Origin: an uncultured Nitrososphaerota archaeon
Lineage (GTDB): Archaea; Asgardarchaeota; Njordarchaeia; Njordarchaeales; Panguiarchaeaceae
Assembly: GCA_964636085.1 (NCBI GenBank)
Contig: CAZWPQ010000041.1
Coordinates: 1-17,210, forward strand
Reading direction: 5' to 3'
DNA: 17,210 nucleotides
Below, piece after piece: positions 1 through 6,495 of the stretch. Under the pieces are notes generated by a model, which had not been told where the DNA came from, did not search any database, and worked only from the letters and a program-made list of their open reading frames with translations. The translations under genes were made by a program, and so were the position numbers. Numbering within the stretch: position 1 is the first letter of the stretch; every line of letters starts with the position of its first letter.

Positions 1-1226
1 CAGCCATCAGGCATACCATCATCGTCAGTGTCTGGATCCGTTGGATCCGTGCCATAGGTATTTACCTCGGCCCCATCCGTGAGGCCATCATCGTCAGTGT
101 CGTTGTCTAGAATTGATGTGCCTATCAAATATTCAAGATTGTTTGGAAGCATATCTTGGTCTGTATCCTCTTGGCTTATATTCAGGGAGATATTATATAG
201 TGTATAGACTTTGATATAGTCGACAATTGTTGCTATGCTGGGATCTTCGTTATCTAGCCATATACCTATAAAGCCTTCGCTGTACGTGCTTTCGATCGCC
301 GAAATTGAGTAGTTGTCTATATCAAATACAAGCGTATTATTGGAATACATGGACATGCTTATGTAATGCCAGCTTGTTAGGTCTATGTAATGACCTTCTC
401 GTGTGAGGTAGATTTCTGTATCTGATGCATTGACGTATAATATTGCCACATCCCAACTATTTTCGATATACATGCCCGTGTATCCTTGTACATGTCCTGT
501 ATTGGTGAAGATTTTTGACCCCATCATTGTTAGTCCTATTTGGTCATAGGATGTGTAGTCCTCCATTCTCATTAGGGCCTCGATTTTTAGGGGTTTAGTA
601 AAGTTTTTGAGTGTGTAGACGACATTGTTTTTATCAGTGGCGGTGGGGTAGATTAGTAGTGCCCCGTTTGTTTCGTTGACGGCTGCATAGCTTGTGTTCC
701 ATATTGATGTATTGAAATAATTGTCATTGAAATCGTCGTAGAATAAAAATACGTCTTCTCCTTTCTTTGCTTCTGTCTCTCCATCAAGGTTTACGAGTAG
801 TAATGCGTCTTCATTTGGCGCTAATTCTATCGGAATCTTAATCCAGATTGCACCGTTATAGTTTTGGGGGTCGGATCCGACTTCTCCTGTGTAATACTCG
901 TAGGTAAATGGTATACTTTCGTGCGTATTTAGCAGTATCACGCTTTTTGGTGTACCACTAGTGATTATTACCCTAACTATGGGGTTTGATATGGATATGT
1001 TCTCCTTGTTTGTCACTATTATGCCAACCACCGTGCTATTGGTTTCTTCTTGATATATACGTAGTATGTGTCCAAGGGATGCTCCACCATTATTATTTTT
1101 TGGGTGGGCTACATCTACTATTCCATATTCAACAAGTTCTTGACCTGCCTTGGAGATATTTAAAATCAAGATAGCTATAAGAACCAGAATTGCAAGGGTA
1201 ACCATAAACAGCTTCATCTGTTTCAT
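1..1226 (-). CDS. Secreted/surface protein (partial, runs off the left edge): signal peptide, DUF2341-like region, ConA/LamG-like beta-sandwich, then Asp-rich TSP3-like Ca-binding repeats
   Basis: Absent from the ORF track; translated by hand. ATG at 1226 preceded by GGGGAG, open for 408 codons to the window edge. Starts MKQMKLFMVTLAILVLIAILILNISKA; contains GAIWIKIP...GEDVFLFYDDF (DUF2341-like), EGFIGIW...IVDYIKVY (lectin-like) and DTDQDMLPNNLE..GT...DNDTDDDGLTDGAEVNTYGTDPTDPDTDDDGMPDG. Confidence 0.9.
   Translation of the reverse strand, partial: MKQMKLFMVTLAILVLIAILILNISKAGQELVEYGIVDVAHPKNNNGGASLGHILRIYQEETNSTVVGIIVTNKENISISNPIVRVIITSGTPKSVILLNTHESIPFTYEYYTGEVGSDPQNYNGAIWIKIPIELAPNEDALLLVNLDGETEAKKGEDVFLFYDDFNDNYFNTSIWNTSYAAVNETNGALLIYPTATDKNNVVYTLKNFTKPLKIEALMRMEDYTSYDQIGLTMMGSKIFTNTGHVQGYTGMYIENSWDVAILYVNASDTEIYLTREGHYIDLTSWHYISMSMYSNNTLVFDIDNYSISAIESTYSEGFIGIWLDNEDPSIATIVDYIKVYTLYNISLNISQEDTDQDMLPNNLEYLIGTSILDNDTDDDGLTDGAEVNTYGTDPTDPDTDDDGMPDG
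16..101 (-). repeat. Intragenic direct repeat encoding DTDDDG Ca-binding motifs
   Basis: ccatcatcgtcagtgtc occurs at 16-32 and 85-101, a 69-nt (23-codon) period. Confidence 0.85.
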
Positions 1227-1234
1227 ATAAGCTC

Positions 1235-1295
1235 CCCAGATATCTGGGTTTCCTAGGCTCTTGGAAGAAGGCAATTATTCCTTCCCCCAAGAGCC
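1235..1295 (-). promoter_or_regulatory. Two tandem hairpins in the putative 5' leader of the 1226 gene
   Basis: Minus strand GGCUCUUGGGGGAAGG-N8-CCUUCUUCCAAGAGCC (1295-1256) forms a 16-bp stem including 2 G-U pairs. A perfect 14-nt palindrome CCCAGATATCTGGG (1235-1248) overlaps the SD. Confidence 0.55.
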
Positions 1296-1312
1296 ATGAA
1301 CTATTCTAAAAA

Positions 1313-1324
1313 TTTTTTATATAA
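1313..1324 (-). promoter_or_regulatory. Putative TATA box for the 1226 gene
   Basis: TTATATAAAAAA on the minus strand, about 20-30 nt upstream of the start of the leader hairpin. Confidence 0.4.
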
Positions 1325-1582
1325 TTGAATTTGTTTGCTGGGCTAATATTATTTGTTCTTTAGGCGTTTTTTCGTATGATTGGCGCATTTTATAAATATG
1401 TGCTCTTGAGTGGATGACCTATATGTGGATCTAAAAGTACAGATGCAACAATCACTAATATGCTAAAACTTGGCTCTGACCTTAACAAGAATACTATGCT
1501 GGCTTTTTTGTTGGATGAAACTAATGATTAGGCTTAAATACAGAAATAACATATTATGTATCTTTAGAAGAGGTAATGCGAA

Positions 1583-2311
1583 ATGACCTCGGAACAAATT
1601 AGCATGGCACAACTCTATGACTTTGTAGTAAGAATAGTAGAAGAAAAAATAAAAGACATAAAAGCCTCAAAAGAAGAATTCGACAAATTAGTCCATGCTA
1701 TTAGAAATCTAGCAAGAATTGTCAGAAAGTTAGCTGAGGCTCAGAAACGGACTGATGAGAGACTTCAACAGTTGTCGCTTGAGGTGCAAAGATTGGCTGA
1801 GGCTCAAAAACGAACTGAAGAAAGATTACAAGGGTTGGCTGAGGCTCAGAAACGGACTGATGAGAGACTTCAACAGTTGTCGCTTGAGGTGCAAAGATTG
1901 GCTGAAGCCGTCAGAAATTTAAGTATTGCTGTAGGTCGTTTGAGCGACGTGGTGGGCTTTGGGCTGGAAGATATTGCTCGTGTCATGGTTCCTGGCTGGC
2001 TTGAGCGTCATGAGGGTATTTATGTGGAGGATCTTCAACCCAAATTTTTCCTTGTTGGTGATGAGGAGGTACAGATTAACCTGTATGGGGTTGGTAGCAA
2101 GGATGGTAGGGAAATAATAGTGTTAGGTGAATGCAAATCTAGGATATATCATCATGATGTCAGGAGATTTGTGGAAACTCTGGAAAAAATAAGGAAGGTC
2201 TTAGTGGGTAAAGATATCTATGCGTTTTTATTTGGTTATCTCATACATCCTCGAGCGGAAGAGGAAGCTAAGAAATATAAAATTCAAGTCCTAGCGACAT
2301 ATATGCGTTAA
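1583..2311 (+). CDS. Coiled-coil repeat protein with C-terminal PD-(D/E)XK nuclease-like domain (DUF3782-like archaeal family)
   Basis: LAEAQKRT(D/E)ERL heptad repeats, then GFGLED...EVQINLYG...VLGECKS; SD GAGGT upstream. Confidence 0.85.
   Translation: MTSEQISMAQLYDFVVRIVEEKIKDIKASKEEFDKLVHAIRNLARIVRKLAEAQKRTDERLQQLSLEVQRLAEAQKRTEERLQGLAEAQKRTDERLQQLSLEVQRLAEAVRNLSIAVGRLSDVVGFGLEDIARVMVPGWLERHEGIYVEDLQPKFFLVGDEEVQINLYGVGSKDGREIIVLGECKSRIYHHDVRRFVETLEKIRKVLVGKDIYAFLFGYLIHPRAEEEAKKYKIQVLATYMR
1733..1905 (+). repeat. Identical 68-bp intragenic direct repeat
   Basis: gctgaggctcagaaacgg...caaagattggctga at 1733-1800 and 1838-1905 (105-nt = 35-aa spacing). Confidence 0.95.
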
Positions 2312-2365
2312 GAATTGTTAACTATAAAAAACCTCTAGAAGGAGCACATATAAAACATAGAACCC

Positions 2366-2729
2366 ATGCAAGAAAACCCCTCTAGTCCACTAGATTCTAT
2401 ATTAATATCTTAAGAATGGTCTGGCCCTAAGAATCTCTCGTATCGACAGAATAATCCCAAATGTTGAGTTGAAATGTGCGAAAAAGCGGATCGACTTTGA
2501 AACACTAGAAAATAGGTTTACTCTTCATATGGGGACATGCAAACTGTATATATGTCCCCTCGAAATATGCATAGCATATAAATTTTACCTAGGTTCGCAG
2601 AAAGATATAGAGGACGCAGTCCATATCTTCTGCGTTTTTAGAGATAACATAAGGCTTAATATACTGAAAAGATATTTATCAATGTTGGGGATAGACTACG
2701 GCAATGTGCTAAGGTTCCTCATATGCTAG
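2366..2729 (+). pseudogene. 5'-truncated nucleotidyltransferase-like gene remnant
   Basis: The frame of ORF 2469-2729 stays protein-like upstream to a TAA at 2403 (YLKNGLALRISRIDRIIPNVELKCAK). The C-terminal ICPLEICIAYKFYLGSQKDIEDA resembles the C-terminus of archaeal NTase-fold proteins (recognised from memory). There is no N-terminal catalytic motif and no good start codon. Confidence 0.6.
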
Positions 2730-2941
2730 AAGAAATTGACGAAGAAAGACTAGAATTCGTTAGGTTCTGGGCAAGAATAGTCCGCAAAACAGACCCGTCG
2801 TACTGGTCACAACAACAGAAAATACTGATAGATACTGTGCTTAGATCCGCAAACCAAGATAGAGAACTCTACCTAAAAATAAAAAAGATTGCCCAGAAAA
2901 TCTACCAAGCACTCAGAAAAGGACATGCAACTTCTTTCTAG
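2723..2941 (+). CDS. Small helical protein, putative partner of the upstream NTase-like gene
   Basis: 72 aa with ERLEFVRFWA...WSQQQKILID; ATG overlaps the upstream stop by 7 nt (ATGCTAG), implying translational coupling. Confidence 0.7.
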   Translation: MLEEIDEERLEFVRFWARIVRKTDPSYWSQQQKILIDTVLRSANQDRELYLKIKKIAQKIYQALRKGHATSF

Positions 2942-3063
2942 AGATTTTAATAACGAAAAAGATAAATCCATTGCCATAGGGATGATATTATTCATGATAT
3001 CTACAACAGATAATAGAGAAAAGAGAACAAAAATAAAAAATAGGATTGTTTTAGTTACAGGTT

Positions 3064-4191
3064 CTACATGGTTTCTGCATACTGTTTTGCGCGCTCGGCA
3101 ATGTACTTGGCGAGCACTAGTGTTTGCCCCTCCTTCTTGGGGCCACCCCAATCATACGTTCTGACTTCAGGAGGGGCCTCCCTTATTGTGTCAGCTACAG
3201 CCTTTTCAATACACATAGCTAGTTTCTTCTCTCCTAACCAATCCAGCATTATTTTAGAAGCCAATATTGCAGCAATAGGGTTGACAATGTATTTTCCAGC
3301 ATATTTTGGAGCACTACCGTGAACAGGTTCGAATACACCGTAATTATCACCGATGTTCCCAGCTGGGGCAAAACCAAGTCCACCAACCATCTGGGCAGCA
3401 ATATCGGACATTATATCCCCATATAGGTTAGGTGCAACAATCACGTCATATTTTGTAGGATCCTTTAGTAGCCACTGGCCAAAACTATCAACATTTGCAT
3501 CGTCAGCCTCAATTTCGGGATATTCTTGGGCTACCTCATAGAAAATGCTGCGGAATAGCCCATCTGCAGCTCTAACGACGTTTGCTTTATGTACACATGT
3601 AACTCTCTTCCTACCGTTTTCTTTTGCCCATTTAAATGCCGCCCTAATTATTCTTTCTGCTCCTTTTCGTGTAGTAACCTTAAACGAAACGTAGGATCCA
3701 ACCGGAATTTTTGCCAATTCAGGATGACATTTCTTTAGTTCTTCGGGAAAGTCGGTGATTTCAGCTCCAAAGTATAGTCCCTCAGTATTTTCACGGAAGA
3801 CTACTAGATCTATATTTTCTCTATAGTTGAGTGGATTTCTTGGGTATGCTTTTGTAGGCCTAAAATTGATATATAGGTCAAATAATTGGCGAAGCCTAAC
3901 TATGGGGGATCTATATTTTACCTTGCCCTTTAAATGGTCTGGTAGCTCTTTTTCTGCTTCTCCGGGGGGCTTAGATGTAATTGCACCAAACATGCATGCA
4001 TCGGTTTTCTTTAACATCTCAATAGTATCGTCTGGTAGTGGGTTGCCCTCAGTTATCCAACATGACCAGCCAATGCGTCCCTCGATGTATTCCGCAGAGA
4101 AATTAATTGCGTCCAAAACGATCCTAACGGCGTCGAGAACATCTTTTCCTATGCCGTCTCCCGGGAGCCAAGCAATCTTATATTTGGCCAT
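3064..4191 (-). CDS. Isocitrate/isopropylmalate (beta-decarboxylating) dehydrogenase family protein
   Basis: LPGDGIG, RENTEGLY, HKANV, PNLYGDIMSD and FEPVHGSAP motifs; SD GGTGA; TTTTATA about 33 nt upstream. Confidence 0.95.
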   Translation of the reverse strand: MAKYKIAWLPGDGIGKDVLDAVRIVLDAINFSAEYIEGRIGWSCWITEGNPLPDDTIEMLKKTDACMFGAITSKPPGEAEKELPDHLKGKVKYRSPIVRLRQLFDLYINFRPTKAYPRNPLNYRENIDLVVFRENTEGLYFGAEITDFPEELKKCHPELAKIPVGSYVSFKVTTRKGAERIIRAAFKWAKENGRKRVTCVHKANVVRAADGLFRSIFYEVAQEYPEIEADDANVDSFGQWLLKDPTKYDVIVAPNLYGDIMSDIAAQMVGGLGFAPAGNIGDNYGVFEPVHGSAPKYAGKYIVNPIAAILASKIMLDWLGEKKLAMCIEKAVADTIREAPPEVRTYDWGGPKKEGQTLVLAKYIAERAKQYAETM

Positions 4192-4316
4192 CTTATCACC
4201 CAGTATATATCCAGCAAATACTCTATAAAAATTATTATGGATATTTTATGACTATATAGAGAAATCTGTTCTAGGGGCCTTATCCTCGGTATTTCTATGT
4301 GTATATATTTTGCTTA

Positions 4317-5543
4317 TCAAGGACCGAAATGCCCCATATATGTCTGTACAATTACTGTTTTTAGTCCTGCCTCGTTTAGTATTTTCTTTACCTTAAACAT
4401 CTCTTCCACCGTCGGTCTTTTGAGGTAGTGGGCCTTGAATTCGGGCCTATAGTCTAGTACACATACTTGTATCTCTGAATGTAGGCGGGCTATAGCCTCG
4501 CCAAACTTTGCTAGCTCTTCTAGATCTGGATAGAAATACTTGTTATATGGTATGCCTATCCCGACGAAGACTTTTTCTGGGTAATACTCATCAATCAAGT
4601 ATTTTAGGGCCCGCCATGAATTTTCAAGGTATTTTTTGGCTAAGTTCTGGTCGGATATACCAGTAATCTTTTGGAATGTATCCAGCCTATAGGCCTTTAT
4701 GTCTGGTCCTATATCCGTTACTCCGGCTTCAACTAGCTCATCTATATAGTCCCTCGTTAGCACGGTAATATTTGTGTCCAGATGAAGCCTTGCTTTTGGA
4801 TCTGGATTAAGTCTTCGGAGCTCTCTGAAGAATTCTATCAACCAATCTCTGTTTAGAGTAGGTTCCCCTCCACTTATCGCCATTCTATCGACCCTATATT
4901 TTCTACGCGCCATAGACAATAGATATGCACACCTCTCAGGAGTCATGGGGCTCAACATACTATTATATGTTATCGTGAAGTTTTGACATGTTGGACACCT
5001 CAAATTACAGCCCGCAGCAAAACATGCAACCTCGATATATCCATGTCCCTTTATCCACCAAGGAGTACCCACACCGCCTACTGTATGGGGTATGAACCCC
5101 TCCACAATACGAAGGGGGCGGAAATTATCCTTATCGAAGCTTATCCTAATTCCTTCCTTAACGGCTGTATGGCAGAGAGGTTTAAGCTTGTTGTCTACAA
5201 CTACTGCACATGCATAACATCCACCAGTCTCACAGGGCGAATAAATATGATCCGTATTACTTTCGGGAAACTTGGTGAATTTAAAGCCGACATACTCTAG
5301 CGCCGTTTTGAGTGTACATCCCTCAGGTACAAAGTACTGTTCCCCATTAATATAGATCTTCACTTCCTTTTCCGCATTATATTCTACGGGCTCTATGGCA
5401 TTATACGGACACGCATAAAAGCAAGACGCGCAACCTACACATTCTTCTGGACTAGGACATTTTACTATACTAATACATATGTTACATCCAACACATCTCT
5501 CCTCATTACGCACATATCTTCTTAGTACAGGCCCGCCAACCAT
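4317..5543 (-). CDS. Radical SAM protein (PFL-activating-enzyme-like core) with N-terminal 2x[4Fe-4S] and [2Fe-2S]-like domains
   Basis: CNLRCPTC radical SAM motif, SGGEPT, LDTN; N-terminal CVGCNIC..C..CVGCASCFYACP and CETGGCYAC...PLC. ATG 5543 preferred; TTG 5558 possible. Confidence 0.92.
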   Translation of the reverse strand: MVGGPVLRRYVRNEERCVGCNICISIVKCPSPEECVGCASCFYACPYNAIEPVEYNAEKEVKIYINGEQYFVPEGCTLKTALEYVGFKFTKFPESNTDHIYSPCETGGCYACAVVVDNKLKPLCHTAVKEGIRISFDKDNFRPLRIVEGFIPHTVGGVGTPWWIKGHGYIEVACFAAGCNLRCPTCQNFTITYNSMLSPMTPERCAYLLSMARRKYRVDRMAISGGEPTLNRDWLIEFFRELRRLNPDPKARLHLDTNITVLTRDYIDELVEAGVTDIGPDIKAYRLDTFQKITGISDQNLAKKYLENSWRALKYLIDEYYPEKVFVGIGIPYNKYFYPDLEELAKFGEAIARLHSEIQVCVLDYRPEFKAHYLKRPTVEEMFKVKKILNEAGLKTVIVQTYMGHFGP

Positions 5544-5569
5544 GGCTAAAACCAACAAAAAGTCTCTCT

Positions 5570-5588
5570 ATGTATTACAGTAATACAT
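5570..5588. promoter_or_regulatory. Palindromic operator-like site upstream of the radical SAM gene
   Basis: Perfect ATGTATTAC-A-GTAATACAT immediately downstream of a minus-strand TTTTATAT box (5600-5593). Confidence 0.6.
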
Positions 5589-5608
5589 TAAGATATAAAA
5601 ATATCAAG

Positions 5609-6199
5609 TCAATCGAAAAGGGCCGTACCCATAAACGTACAGATGATTACTAGAAGCGCCTGGTTAATACTGGCAATATAGAGGGTCTCATTGAGGAGGG
5701 CTACATAAACCATGTAAGAAATAATGTTTGTGGACGACAATGCCATAGCCACTATGCATGTATATTGATGCTTTCTTTGTATGTGTTCCGGGGACGCTAA
5801 TAGGCGCCTAATTTTATAGGCCAAGCTTGCTGTGGTAGATGAGATTATCGAGGTCGATAGAAATGTTAGGAATGTTAGCATTGTGGATAGTACAAATCGT
5901 GGTGAGACCCAAAGGATTATGAGGACTGCTATTGCCTCTGGGCTTACGAGAATTATATAGTTAGCGAGTAATATGAAGACAAAGACAACAGTACCTAAAA
6001 TGTTGAGGACAAATGAGGTCAGTGAGAAGTATCCCTTCCTTAGCCTGCTAAAGTACCTACCAAGTGTTATTATTGCCAAGAAGAATGATATAAAGAATAT
6101 GTTTAGGGAAACGATATTCTCTAAGAGTTGATGCGGATAAATATATATGATCAAAATGTACATATGCACTATGGCTAGTAGAAAGCTGAGCAGTTTCAT
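5609..6199 (-). CDS. Hypothetical multi-pass membrane protein
   Basis: About 5-6 hydrophobic segments; likely ATG at 6199 (MKLLSFLLAI). The track start at 6283 adds a non-hydrophobic leader. Confidence 0.7.
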   Translation of the reverse strand: MKLLSFLLAIVHMYILIIYIYPHQLLENIVSLNIFFISFFLAIITLGRYFSRLRKGYFSLTSFVLNILGTVVFVFILLANYIILVSPEAIAVLIILWVSPRFVLSTMLTFLTFLSTSIISSTTASLAYKIRRLLASPEHIQRKHQYTCIVAMALSSTNIISYMVYVALLNETLYIASINQALLVIICTFMGTALFD

Positions 6200-6457
6200 T
6201 ATACTGGACCTAATGTCTGTAGCCAAGTAAGGCCCCCCATCTAGATATGAGGAGTAAGGTCCACATAAATGAAAATTCCTCAAATATTATTTAAAGGTTA
6301 TCGAAAATTGTATATAAGGAGATATCCTTAGTCATAAATCGTTTTTTCTCGGCTTAGGGATTATATATGATTGTGCTATGACTAGTTTTATGTGTATTCC
6401 TGCTTTATGTATAAACCGAATTTTACGATATTAATAGTGAGGAATATTGCTAATCTT

Positions 6458-6478
6458 TTTGTATCTGTAATATACAAA
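6458..6478. promoter_or_regulatory. Palindromic operator-like site upstream of the GH2 gene
   Basis: TTTGTAT-ctgtaat-ATACAAA; same TGTAT-N7-ATACA core as 5571-5587. Confidence 0.45.
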
Positions 6479-6495
6479 GAATGTTGGGTGTAGAT

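Noticed and set aside
986-1174. 62-aa plus-strand ORF
   Set aside because: Antisense shadow of the real minus-strand gene 1-1226.
1256-1295. SECIS element or tRNA fragment
   Set aside because: It lacks SECIS bulge or kink-turn motifs and a cloverleaf, and no in-frame TGA was seen in the neighbouring genes.
1410-1480. C/D box sRNA candidate (GGATGA...CTGA); a similar one lies at 16502-16595
   Set aside because: The boxes are degenerate and the spacing does not fit the compact archaeal C-D'-C'-D layout.
1733-1905. CRISPR-like or DGR template/variable repeat interpretation of the 68-bp repeat
   Set aside because: Only two identical in-frame coding copies, no adenine-specific differences, and no cas or reverse transcriptase gene in the window.
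2873-3164. ORFs 2873-3151(-) and 2889-3164(+)
   Set aside because: They overlap real genes; the hydrophobic stretch derives from the T-rich terminator-like region after the dehydrogenase.
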